A DNA stretch of 64,000 bases from contig CAKVMJ010000001.1 in NCBI GenBank assembly GCA_934772445.1, positions 6,727 to 70,726 of the forward strand, written 5' to 3'. The notes beneath the pieces are model-generated. The model ran no database searches. It was not told where the DNA came from and saw nothing but the letters and a program-made list of their open reading frames with translations. Of the stretch, positions 40,801 to 43,351 are shown in pieces. The translations under genes were made by a program, and so were the position numbers. The DNA comes from an uncultured Clostridia bacterium (lineage in GTDB: Bacteria; Bacillota; Clostridia; Christensenellales; UBA1242). Numbering within the stretch: the stretch's first letter is position 1; every line of letters begins with the position of its first letter.

Positions 40801-43005
40801 ATCTGACCAAATTTCGTTAATATTTTCACTATTTCTCTTTACTGGATTATATAGAATTTGAGAATTCAATCTACTATCTGCATATATATCCCCATTTCTA
40901 AATACAGAATTATTATCAATTAAATCCATTACAAATGGATAATTTTGACCATCATTATTTGCAAAGAAAATTGGAATAAATAAGTTACAAATTGATTGAA
41001 TACTAACTGTGTTATAACCAGAAACCGCACTATTTAAAGCATATATCTTAATAGGAGTTACACCAACATTATTATTTGCATTTGGAACAACATAAAGTTT
41101 TGTACCATCAGCTCTTAATGTTAATAAATCTTTATTATATTCAGCGTTTTTAATATCAAAATATTCAGCAACTTTAACATTTTGTTCGCTCAAGTCTATC
41201 AACAATCGATCATCTAAATTTTGATATGTGATATCTATATTCAATTTATCAACGGCTAAATCTTTCAAAACTTCTTGGCTTAAAGATTTAACAATGTTTA
41301 ATCTTATAACTTTAACAAGAGAAGTTTCAATCTGTTTAAATGTACCATCAAATTCTCTCTCACCTGTTGAAATACTGAAATTAAATGCAATTCTCAAAGA
41401 ATATTCATCAACTAAAGCATCAACTTCTTCATTAGTTAGATTATGTTTGATATAGAATAAGCTTCCGCTCTTTCCGCCACTAACATTATTACCATTAACA
41501 TCAATAAATCTAATTGGAGAGTTGTTTACATTAAATTCTTCCCCATTTTTCAATAAAGATAATGAATATCTTCCTGAATATAAAGGTTCTGCAACAACCT
41601 TAATTTTCGTACCTTGAATACCATAATAATCTTTAAAAACGCTAACATTTTTCAATGTTGAATCATCGTTTACAAATATTTCTCTTGGCATATTTGAAAC
41701 AGAAACTCTTACTTTAACTTCTTTAGTAAATTGACCTGGGTAATCTTTATAATCAATAACGAAAGTTATTAAAGCAGAATCAGATGTGTTAGCAATATCA
41801 GAAGATAATTTATAACTAGCACATTTAACTAAATTACCTAAATCTCCGCCCATTCCATCGAAATAACTACTATCAAAATTAGAAACTTCAGCAACAACAT
41901 ATTTTGATGGAGCAGAAACAACTTGTCCTGAACCTGTTTTTCTTATAATTTTATTATCAGCATCTTTGATTGAAACAATATAATTTTCATCATCACTTCC
42001 ACCAAGTTGTCCAATCTTAAATGTTAAAATTCTATTAATTAAATAATCATAATTTTGTTTTTCTTCTTCAGTTAAACCTTCTTGCAAAATATTCAAATTT
42101 GCCATTCCGATTTCATATTCGCCTTTAGCATTTTTTGAAACAGCAAATATTCCATTTCCATCAGAACTATTTGAATAAACAAACATATTATTATCTGAGA
42201 TTATATCAACAACCTCAATTGCCTTTGTTGCAACAATTGGTTCAATACCCTCTTTATCAACAGTATCAAGTGCTGTAACTTTAATAGGAACGCAAACTTT
42301 TCCTGCAGAAGTTATTCTATTTGGATTAAATAAAACATCATCTTTATTTATGCCACTTTTAACTCTTAAAACACTATTTACTATTTCAAAGTTATCAGTT
42401 AACCATTTAAGCCTACCAACATTACTTGGATCACTCAATGAATTTGTGCCAACTAGATAATCTTTATCAAATTCAACTAGCACATTTTTTCTACTAATAT
42501 CATTAGGAACGAAAGTTAAAACATTATCACCAGTTGGTGAAAAATCTAAGCCTTTACCATTTACATCTAAAGCTCTATTATTCACAGATAAAGAAGTAAT
42601 ACCTTTTTCGATATTAACTTTAATAATCTTCTTTACTCCGCCTTCTTTAGTTAAAACAGTTATGATAGATTCACCATCTAAGCGTGGAGTTATCTTAACA
42701 TAGTTTTTATTATCTCTAAATTCTTTGGTATAGGAAACTTTTTCATCTGTTTGAATATTAATTTCCTTACTAACCTCATCTTTACCAACAACTGTTATCA
42801 CAATTGTTTTCTCTTCAGCATTAGTTACCAAAACACCATCTTCAATTCTTGAAGAAATAGCTAGAGTGATGGTATCTTCTTCAGATATAATATTACCATC
42901 AACCTCCACATTTATTTTTAAGCCCTCATAAGGATTTCCGCAAGCAAACAAAAAACCTAATGAACAAATAAATGTCATTACAATTACTAGCAATCTTTTT
43001 TTCAT
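16849..43005 (-). CDS. giant surface lipoprotein (~8,718 aa from the best start) with Ig-like modules, six GLUG-repeat arrays, a coiled-coil insert and a C-terminal NlpC/P60/CHAP-like peptidase domain
   Basis: Single uninterrupted ORF (track: 16849..43065, 8738 aa). The best start is ATG 43005, which has GGATGGAA 9 nt upstream and gives MKKRLLVIVMTFICSLGFLFAC (signal peptide plus lipobox). The alternative ATG at 43014 and the TTG at 43065 lack a well-placed SD. Domain evidence is listed in the sub-features. Confidence 0.9.
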   Translation of the reverse strand: MKKRLLVIVMTFICSLGFLFACGNPYEGLKINVEVDGNIISEEDTITLAISSRIEDGVLVTNAEEKTIVITVVGKDEVSKEINIQTDEKVSYTKEFRDNKNYVKITPRLDGESIITVLTKEGGVKKIIKVNIEKGITSLSVNNRALDVNGKGLDFSPTGDNVLTFVPNDISRKNVLVEFDKDYLVGTNSLSDPSNVGRLKWLTDNFEIVNSVLRVKSGINKDDVLFNPNRITSAGKVCVPIKVTALDTVDKEGIEPIVATKAIEVVDIISDNNMFVYSNSSDGNGIFAVSKNAKGEYEIGMANLNILQEGLTEEEKQNYDYLINRILTFKIGQLGGSDDENYIVSIKDADNKIIRKTGSGQVVSAPSKYVVAEVSNFDSSYFDGMGGDLGNLVKCASYKLSSDIANTSDSALITFVIDYKDYPGQFTKEVKVRVSVSNMPREIFVNDDSTLKNVSVFKDYYGIQGTKIKVVAEPLYSGRYSLSLLKNGEEFNVNNSPIRFIDVNGNNVSGGKSGSLFYIKHNLTNEEVDALVDEYSLRIAFNFSISTGEREFDGTFKQIETSLVKVIRLNIVKSLSQEVLKDLAVDKLNIDITYQNLDDRLLIDLSEQNVKVAEYFDIKNAEYNKDLLTLRADGTKLYVVPNANNNVGVTPIKIYALNSAVSGYNTVSIQSICNLFIPIFFANNDGQNYPFVMDLIDNNSVFRNGDIYADSRLNSQILYNPVKRNSENINEIWSDISYSTISNLVVRVNDKNSSTPTRIGLKLYNYILTVDALGNRVARRLDITDYCSVSIHGSEYLSWENGEIVTTGAVTSVTEPAIITFSYSGYRWNEEEGKYELVKYSQSVRVWCFKPLSKFTINSQVEPVIYDYNSVGLNKADEYSTYQLKYSVEPSIAEMGGLRTSSKLGVEFKYLFESDYGVDYFNNLVVREIKFSNNNVLRVKLSDIATFDENSLTVRLVDFYSLIGYDGSEEGVSGLKMIANKWLSINHLTDYKLTALDVEEILNNWIYPNALNIKFRVSVEQFGLLVGAEFVNLKIERANKIENIILSNVDETGVYIEKRDNFASSFELEFRTEPVVVFKDRIILSNFDNEVFEVEGVNEDGSIDANRIKIVPKNAGVAYLTIQTENSMYQIGNTVDASTKIVLRVKVADGKSEETAFEISKINDLKQMYLDLASKTNYYYVLKNNLTLSENNGLDWNEISGVFAKDNEGNDLSTFSLNGKLDYVYNGTSYSRYSTLNVAWDINEKEMADTIKNNQLSNLINGESYSKNLNIAVLPFIDSTNAIVKNLSVNMNINIKLPKIVTQIADENDNSVLASKIDFKSLNIGGIAGLTSTSITNCRVEGVINIDANNWSDNFVGGNENYNYKQINIGGMVGKAISTDINNGNAVVNAIISGRPEQTSNITTTSVNSDVAIFIQANKQSGVVTKSINVGGIVGYADYRSSVSNSLYDLASSANIVVVDEDGEFNYANVGGIVGYADGSMVFENLVSYPNLRAKKNVGGIVGAVRGYLKLNDSKVYLISEIDTNGIDASAIVANQNVGGLIGYATGVNSSINMVVINATYVRGFNTSNLDGVNFFGNIYGKNFEGWNDEEIAIGGLIGYAETTLNLSKTYFDGSIYTNANMPKVSGLVGVWKDVVELQSYNQDGSIKTETVNNRYSVENSYVKANISSEYGLVSGLDTVNKTDDEIANINAVAVTKNFYAVINGNKFFTLSNSELVNTVTSTIPKVADFDFSGFNITDGTVNAGDWFVNEKANDGQPIILKLLNGKLIPLYDYLPENLYASLYNLRFNNRAYIELSNSLDTEKNIVIFYNSNDNGLTNVVNNKYLIGVDGIFSNATNYNYSRLININLGGSVSSIKTNYVELLLNGEISIKSSDVDNKILKIKGNLIETLGTGVVDLTFYHTFNPEIRTVVHLVVVDGLSNVKLYNTNIEKQEVSAVSVGVENFEQIYVDEEANYLLESENIFNAGVSGEIIYKANQNIGAIIEILDAETLGDGYTNGQIQIIHSGEILTDLNIGSIVYIDCINNLSSLIFKGTKTGKVYLKITPVLSLENISGITSFDAKYIKTDDTEINIKSELANGKNIKTIDALAKEYAFSVDAKAKQVVIENEDAQIQPSGSDEVNIKVRTANVAIIDKEDGVTGIKVYNADGTEDVNSLAILNEKIFIDFLYYDTTNKTYTKVDSLVSLENAPFDERYKNIENKSLVVIEQNQAFVTKIEGSSEFIIHYNVTFRFNKDRYKENATSFNLDELKYLVKFYAESNPLANDTYDFVIAAADPEKITATFYSQNENSDDKFAENPGTTLSPGYTGLLKVQVSEKFSNCSYLTVELDETSKDLYKYLNITQVRAKLQKDPVEDLYHTIEYYPILTTIDENGVVKLEKTSSEYEINKKIVFDDIFFLRFSLDENYKLENPEREIKLVIKAYNSKGTQVGSTLIKPLTVKPLPEIDVYINNSSSFYNKTEIQPGDFKQIFWSAKNFDSIVEVSVRYANENYNQTLLIVDENGLNSFKKNNGNYIDDGDNGFNGIFEEGKNYYLVCLNSFFEANNILNLDKFENVTMIEITATVSKVGVINPTSASVSVQVVPLEIKEVALAGSTTNGEKNTLEVLNGTSNGLQMLINPSEDSSDDTNIFRQIYGFKEDNQNGKYIIFNGNYVALDDEIEKSKAVDKFATITGYYKRTEILDRFDEYNHPLLNLTEVDDNVYLYEPISKNYINLKEMISGGQYFLLNNGYYLLNVLDIIPGQTNGDPLTLNDFAELDFKFEINGVTFSAENILGESYLDYIQYYYANEQRYYSLKYMIENGGLFKGGEKEIYWKFNSQNHLNLTIGEAESNYTKYEYFRVAVPVERFYNLEEIKEILGENGNGYEKQVCSIVLYKNRIYNINEYKLYRFDASQNDADFVNLYGQFIDITNRYSMMDFSNKEKAQFAISGIYIEEDGTKTFVTGSKANFYYKVLNNDGEVSEIKLVDGMNCGGYIFKAETKTKVINGTKYNFYYYSLKAINVGNVGTIVVRFDYFYDADGEIRSYVINDDEMNDDNYVYENDGYRSRIYDKKLDCKYNLYSIEYEFDLVVKENTTYDHPNPIYSQDDFEKMLEGQHYIMMNDITLENYIPRVGNMASLDGNGYILKIDSFDLRESRGLETVNVGLFSEIVELYTDVSTGKTGTPIVKNMIIDIGSLLTSDEDIKKYTTDDTNLVYKYINNFVTSADIAENLGTYNNTVSSHKLDLAFNKEVNFGVLAGVNNGSVTNIKVISTGKGDMKDVNIHILTSGIIDGVNTKLSFGGITAINNGAITNSFVGINNILTTDENNNLQINNEISIWKNKISEEGVRNINGEGESATLTVNPFKLAGSGRIAGIAVQNTNIISSTFAKAVGIENAYKGVDYNETGAFVVENTGKILNSFVEGYEFNQNSDKYRTTQDYAVSSENNVSGFVYSNTGSIENAYSAVALKTHSSNSSGFVYDNTGSIKNAYTTSYNTAIKAGNSGSLAHGAFNRWLDEEGGNTAEFIDCYYLVGEGESELPYEKAVGISGVKNKKTGNTPEFEQSNFFIGFIFLDDEENSVWTMTELGPKLCNTSLVETFSHRILSGMINEETGEVIYDKDAGVDSELDFSELTLIERAQYTYNYKYADNYEYGTRQNPLLVSTAEQFVNFIIENSKTYTGNDNRTVRIFGKTAEEQDTDTFKTINYIRQINDLDFAIENEVNIWNTPKSGVLLREVVFLGNLEGNGLSINNLNLTFKNETEANINSHNFGLFNQIGLNVDNRNKLGITDSYAGAVIKNLNIDLVAYLGVQTTPDKAGILAGSIYNSTIINVNLTSSNNESAVVKGKNLVGGIAGLIIDDTVELNADRTNIYDIEVKDLKVRSTYEDLIYTSAYTNPYGTYKKFATTQMDHTVIKSYALVDIENKNDTSLNSYISNKIGSLSYAGSVAGLVYIDSNIDSNESERIENSIKNDGFNEGVYTATKATISDVSVKGEFDIFAENAGGLFGYLGSNSKISNVAIYSPNNEKKIGIKAKNYGGGIVAENKGVIEKAQVLYENETQTVFDAEINNWNNLGKVNESVETSGLFTVDTENYRGKIISIGGIAGYNNGGTIYDSMVKVPITSDYALIAGGLIGYAENFTLIGYSYTTSSVYANEIVGGTVGYYYVGAIDEDDETHSTFNLNYALYLEHIISLNKWGGKVRTALENNVSHLFTDANVDYKFTLRMAEIGNQQITSYSRIGRQQVAGKENEYTYYNMDAVENANLSYKNNSSSFTYVGSLIGSVMVDNNIITNTTTGAFINYSENSVIDRYGFIKQDKTGDLTGNEFGSYFNGVVSTTYATLTTSGNADDENLSMIYGVINQTLPSTSRTTTYNLANAELFSNGVTKAEKIDNKSIGEVFGDYKYTSIMVENGKPTSTQQYLQNITGFYENVDTLPSGSTNETIDKMSSVNLFTNVYTIYKYNADGSYAIDGNGQREVDYKINATLVNPENLTARENYVWMKASDEYLAKYKLAGYSNFATITNSQELIDALSKPDNARFYTMETVSTDVYADASYDGKYIIDLTQISNRSNYARFNTVFRGVLNGLVDEDGRKPIVVLKTGQIVDDEYYSVYALLNELNGAVLKDIDFEIEIDNSRNVGKIYGSENGNFGIIATRVNLSTIEECTFTIKSNGNLKFELAYNEIEEGFNNIQNFGVIFGEVTASNIVGKENGNIKLIFDNNIEAIEVRTGTASTIGGLIGLAQSSSLYNIIVEAKANKLVFNALVNYGRIIDNKIDLNFAGVVAKSNSNSISNVELKNININADYDINSNYTYNMRRYGVYFDMYFGGIVASTSYSTITNVSNNYGIDINLQRDGVEEVSKASTYSIYVGGISGSMLYTNVVNAKAGRLNISKIKVNAHYFYNYVGGLVGYVQDNCSISGNKQTENEYGNYSDIDVSILEGVKDNAYIGGLIGYNKASGNVVTNMFNLGNVSTSKVKAVNGDILDSVGIINLGGLVGYSDNGTYSFVYNAGDVQAVESNLVEMNIGGLIGFAKVVQITNFVMYGDIYYYSRSDFYNNIGGIIGSASLTTIELRKGYSIARFVCENDKDGLNNVNVEVTYNANLNTIASICNSDNTSEVYFVAEFYAKYADVAMSTEILSKAYDYDSYTDLDNSKNGTIAIGYADFIELSGNKLEGDEFVSIQMGTNGNFSQVNCLATMLNPVELGKFDFKTGTKLNPEIVLGNPTLAPEGYYILIDDADVTVPQEFAGVMVGRNKDLTNSQENTPLISANRGKDYPILSSCKIDTLESTGIISGFAIKVMEDASEYSFIGTNNGRVFNCVTFGEVTSDINGSGNYDNPTIVSSFLKNNNSDIYRSGAVVTYTGMIIGNVYREKDIQTQKDIVKQDLVVSGFVYENAGIIKDCYSTANTDWVAKYHTTYNGDVKNYDITITDATNDDQIPTGERKDSLVAVGLAYINRTRSYSGISQSFHAMEFIDYKVDLVGIEITIDKNAEVQTYRTSDTGTNTFNNAKTDDLLDKNISYFINIDDEGNNIWDKSYRDTNYYLYNSRQGVVIPTGIEAKLVYNVDNDSNEIYVNAEEGTINYPNGQAKDGDIENIFPSKPNSVLEGSTYNLFQQKSNSYIIKSERDFARYLLTSDIYGYKDLRLQDRIDYPVYILNDSTQAKVYNLGTVAEEPINFKDITEEFIGFRITLTGFELKGPLFDVNSGTIAGITFKSLSLTDEQLDYDKDVAIVVGENEGSLNWIFAGGCTIQSRKNNIGIIASKNFGTIGNVKVTNSTIGAFNNNYGSNAGAIAGVNSGTIGGGYGAVMVGSAMESGVNISGIMNIGGMVGVNNGSISSGVAIYKSNITGIDESSSLVGGIAGSSSSSIQSACVIGCTITNSGEMTGGMIGYVQSGTIGQEETYLISHTFVANSTITGNGDYIGGVVGSAEGTLESVCLIDSNVGYQDEKNRADYVGGIAGYASLDITKPYVVAGNGSVSVSGNSDYVGGVVGKVYGTIYRFRVAPSSSGNGAITIKGLGNYVGGVAGYAYGLIYSEYSAQTALIYDMKNVSVTAGTTRDDSVEGGNFVGGVAGYAGSDIQTINVKELSVSSMANDQGMGFIGGVAGYSSASITESNALTIRVSTSGKADYVGGIAGLGELLDNVNAEDINVSAKGRYVGGMAGMASDIEQSNITKADVTSQIESVGDSLDSRLRKAFEKLLDQIEKTINDCESLNAMVEPYRNAEEFSNIDLIDYSMLSNTLKPQVEQSLEELITLMKNKEQYFDKQDLNKEERDYYIGLLEIANDAELFNDFIDEINSNIINQVNKIINAINKYISNKKKELQQKLQEGDSTAYDNISAEIDKLAEKSAKVENSMHTFKNKAGNYVYVANDAESVYSRYASGSVSSSALSSNYFGSTGKIAGFKPLLSSSNKSKLESELSKLKKDYNELITPQRITDSEGNVEIRRYSKSQFVSRYKALEKSAIDIVCKYAQEEINSLTKQIQTLQSQGDKLISAIEKSSDLKNELNELETLKKQADGYKTKFNETLKDAIENRDEVLDIIRELEEIKDNLKSKFSSAVRNYKKNYSYVGGVAGSVSMLYDVIAKDINATTNGVFLGGIAGQLTGMASNVQLDVDKNTSNAVTSSFNASVHKENHTLLDGAFVGGGFGIAGELNLYLVGKTQDQGQVYREISNASISGSNETNTFVNKTTVTAQGSFVGGLAGFSGALDGTIFVQDTNVASTMDYVGGMSGSIGDNSIWRNNKSKEAGDDNVSSANRDCKLSAVLNVNNVVISTTGKYVGGIAGYIRGGITGVISVKALQLTGGRLAEDQTDANEGFVGGVAGLITTNNFVDNFSTDKQFANQKVGIYGTITVGGINMADAVTINAQGDYVGGAFGKSTLDLGHYTKTTSNTGGSYIYGGSYYSYCGSERGTITVRNLTLSSSMGDNIGGVVGAFEGFMLYKVSGGKIADYMRLSAHVNQTILSYEKNANGSFISKNFDEEKVGLIPETDVDGKPYYRAKRRILAYNITLNANGDNVGGAIGSTDIYKDASGGDFIFNGDNNIDVGNITLVNSTRIDDRGQTKGANTGGAIGYAGLRLNKVGALISDSGVNVTSNGKSVGGLVGNADNNIRGLEAFSNIMVNSTYIAVLPSKMITENGQQKELQSSDSRYLSWLEEFIDAESVKVGGLVGGMGSNTLSSTKDNLVWVAGTIKVSANQNRVGGLVGEGNIVAGVDLVTNNANITVKGNAMVGGAVGYSDNFIGRIVLNNANVEGVYAVGGVVGYGDVASTVLNNATVNATGKALSEDEVNAYFSQYYKVQGKTLTWYLYEGIKPSGTGDGNNTYAFAGGGSGALRRDDADQKNRFEINNLNLTANGRSVGGGFGAVLLKYGVDLTKDNKPREFIVALYGSGGIDIKNSAISSNSDCVGGFIGYSCYADIYNGAAVTTDSVIINGLSYVGGFAGKVEEGDILGQFSLKGNENQKITGSSYVGGVVGYIDGSILKKKKSSFNNNTNLHTSIVVSNVTVVGDSSTGSYVGGVAGYVCESIDVERIQVLFSDSTYSISGNAYIGGVAGYVAGGFDTVKKPSTGNEEIFGQNDRNNDFNKTNNSYAYHYPLVDGANQDAKYVSGATSGYTGGGVDIQNGVASINGNSNVGGAFGYVGYAEVNGNIENIAVNGGTKTGGVAGEAVTMETAEAVLKTNKDENGLNILVTASGDYTGGFVGYLHGVCYSGSYRGIRVGGTNYVGGVVGYSKGGSIYSFARLDRINGDNTYDSLTASGSYVGGICGYAIGDCYITGDNDTNTNTSNTVPISGVNYVGGILGKGDIEYAYDSQNNIKPDECKSPSVTRASNSASVTASGSYVGGIVGELIHCTTRGSQNVKLGSVSNNGASIVAQGDYVGGICGSYHSDPLANSSAIIGDCKIYFDDGGTVSGGAYVGGLFGYIDTDAGNKGSSTNLRVEGFSLNNTSNQRVSSFVMGSMYVGGLAGYSAGTSSLTESKNIVVRDVTMQISSSTESTSTLYTDRNDGYEEGKYKINEIISSYYCEKSTCTNYGRKLTLNGDYWVCNGVSRGANCTTKRKANLPKSLSSSGVFDRLGFDTPGFTQNKTRVVVAGQDFHNTDNTFNYIGKILGNNLTLGYTDPNCDTYSNTSMRYSGTDPYKISHLDRTVELIDATGQVIISTKGQTDFNSPDVTATYTFTYLPSSGGSLKQSSRYSTIDVGIAGTQHVKQNITYQISSTSGYSTRTEYMKKWVGRHQEIKNETEYEYTYDENGNIISRREISVPVTIWVDDYVDDPDNCWGTDNYSFSTKTETIEIGTLTVQGYVRLIPVVLCELNVELSNGLYYNYEFISYVYEHSKITATYNAEPKGNAEYCGPPRRTQNWTISGGSKSYGQETTQYLGSEYDDKRREYARQQAINANQSVTIDYNLKSLFSNPNLVKASDRKTINNGETITLEIDFDTVSQLKASNHNWHPNLYNLITTRALKEGTMTYDELSYDVRAYTASGNSLYDKVIGKVASCDFGWSLAYSGGELLPGKDQANGTNPSLNPGYNPGGGSGTDPTDPTDPTNPTDPDPSPGGGDNTPAGEVPGVINAINYFIAQEGVEWSYDYAIHYYSDSYTKQCDKRANTNNGGDGVTKYNLSAPINMIKNNSGLIYTDCWGFVRLLYGYLGKQNGSAGYLAFAKSSGYGNYNGSFIVGGKVNSNIKKGDIVHYNGQHVVIFDHVENGVLYYYDESSLMNSNRSIKTDALSASRWQSAYYYHVPT
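16852..17384 (-). other. C-terminal NlpC/P60/CHAP-like papain-fold cysteine peptidase/amidase domain of the giant protein
   Basis: IYTDCWGFVRLLYG (candidate nucleophile Cys, codon 17167-17169) and KKGDIVHYNGQHVVIFDH (candidate His) occur in the order and spacing typical of NlpC/P60 and CHAP enzymes. Confidence 0.6.
17385..17515 (-). repeat. Pro/Thr/Asp-rich low-complexity linker (TDP tripeptide repeats), locally GC-rich
   Basis: Encodes NPGYNPGGGSGTDPTDPTDPTNPTDPDPSPGGGDNTPAG. The DNA is visibly more GC-rich than the surrounding sequence. Confidence 0.85.
18919..19011 (-). other. four-cysteine cluster (C-x4-C-x16-C-x8-C) in the giant protein
   Basis: Encodes YYCEKSTCTNYGRKLTLNGDYWVCNGVSRGANCTTKRK, just after the last GLUG array. 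Confidence 0.5.
19130..23385 (-). repeat. GLUG-type repeat array 6 (about 32 copies)
   Basis: Recurrent x-[YFN]-[VI]-G-G-[IVLMAF]-[AVIFCS]-G-[YSKE] cores roughly every 40-80 aa, for example SYVGGVAGY, NYVGGVVGY, DYVGGICGS and MYVGGLAGY. Confidence 0.75.
23400..24545 (-). other. ~380-aa alpha-helical / coiled-coil insert between GLUG arrays 5 and 6
   Basis: Lys/Glu/Leu-rich heptad-like sequence (SRLRKAFEKLLDQIEKTINDCESL ... LTKQIQTLQSQGDKLISAIEKSSDLKNELNELETLKKQADGYKTKFNETLKDAIENRDEVLDIIRELEEIKDNLKSKF). It is interrupted by a Ser-rich segment. Confidence 0.7.
24575..25830 (-). repeat. GLUG-type repeat array 5 (about 13 copies)
   Basis: Examples: MNIGGMVGVNNGSISSG, DYIGGVVGSAEG, DYVGGIAGYASL, NYVGGVAGYAYG and RYVGGMAGMASD. 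Confidence 0.75.
27870..28895 (-). repeat. GLUG-type repeat array 4 (about 9 copies)
   Basis: Examples: STIGGLIGLAQSS, IYVGGISGSMLY, NYVGGLVGYVQDN, AYIGGLIGYNKASGNVVTN and NNIGGIIGSASL. Confidence 0.75.
30575..31640 (-). repeat. GLUG-type repeat array 3 (about 8 copies)
   Basis: Examples: AGILAGSIYNSTIINVNL, LVGGIAGLIIDD, NAGGLFGYLGSN, ISIGGIAGYNNGGTIYDSMV and NEIVGGTVGYYYVG. Confidence 0.7.
32540..33320 (-). repeat. degenerate GLUG-like array 2 (about 6 copies)
   Basis: Examples: FGVLAGVNNGSVTNIKV, FGGITAINNGAITNSFVG, VSGFVYSNTGSIENAYSA and SSGFVYDNTGSIKNAYTT. Confidence 0.6.
38105..39045 (-). repeat. GLUG-type repeat array 1 (about 8 copies)
   Basis: Examples: LNIGGIAGLTSTSITNCRVEG, INIGGMVGKAIS, INVGGIVGYADYRS, QNVGGLIGYATG and VSGLVGVW. 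Confidence 0.75.
42940..43005 (-). other. lipoprotein signal peptide and lipobox of the giant protein
   Basis: MKKRLLVIVMTFICSLGFLFAC-GN has a positive n-region, a hydrophobic core and an L-F-A-C lipobox. The Cys codon is at 42942..42940. Confidence 0.7.
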
Positions 43006-43110
43006 AACTTTCATTCCATCCATAAACTTATTATTTGTAATTTTATTTTTATAATAACAAATCAAACAAAAATATTTAAGATTTATTATTACTTATTAAT
43101 TACTATTAAT

Positions 43111-43139
43111 AGTATATCTATTTTGTCGAAACTTGTCAA
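43111..43139 (-). promoter_or_regulatory. sigma-A-type promoter of the giant gene
   Basis: Minus strand reads TTGACA (43139..43134), a 17-nt spacer, then TATACT (43116..43111). The predicted leader is about 100 nt to the ATG at 43005. Confidence 0.6.
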
Positions 43140-43140
43140 A
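43124..43140 (+). promoter_or_regulatory. tandem Spo0A-box-like sites (TGTCGAA-act-TGTCAAA)
   Basis: A perfect 0A-box heptamer TGTCGAA lies at 43124-43130. After a 3-bp spacer comes TGTCAAA at 43134-43140 (6/7). The sites overlap the -35 and spacer of the giant-gene promoter. Confidence 0.4.
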
Positions 43141-43351
43141 GAAATTAAAGTGTTTTTCAAAACTTTTTCAATTATTTTATTTTTCAATTTTATTACTTTA
43201 TAAAGCCATTATTTAAAAGTTTGTATAATATTATGCAAAGTAAAAATTTTAAAGAAATTATGATTTTGAAAAGATTAAAAAAATTTACAAAAAAATCTTT
43301 AATTTTTTAAATATTTATGCTAAAATATTTCAGTTTTAAAAGGAAAAAATT

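Noticed and set aside
42991-43005. An A7 tract immediately after the giant gene start codon (ATGAAAAAAAGA), as a possible slipped-strand phase-variation switch.
   Set aside because: It simply encodes the Lys-Lys-Arg n-region of a signal peptide. Seven-nucleotide A/T runs are very common in this AT-rich sequence, and the tract is shorter than typical phase-variable ones.
16849-43065. Short ORFs inside the giant gene on either strand (20292-20564, 22477-22677, 25262-25468, 26223-26426, 26739-26921, 28209-28394, 31948-32181, 36664-36918, 41228-41455).
   Set aside because: All are 60-90 codons and lie out of frame or antisense within a continuous 26-kb ORF. Their low-complexity translations have no start signals. 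They are the expected by-products of AT-rich repetitive coding DNA.
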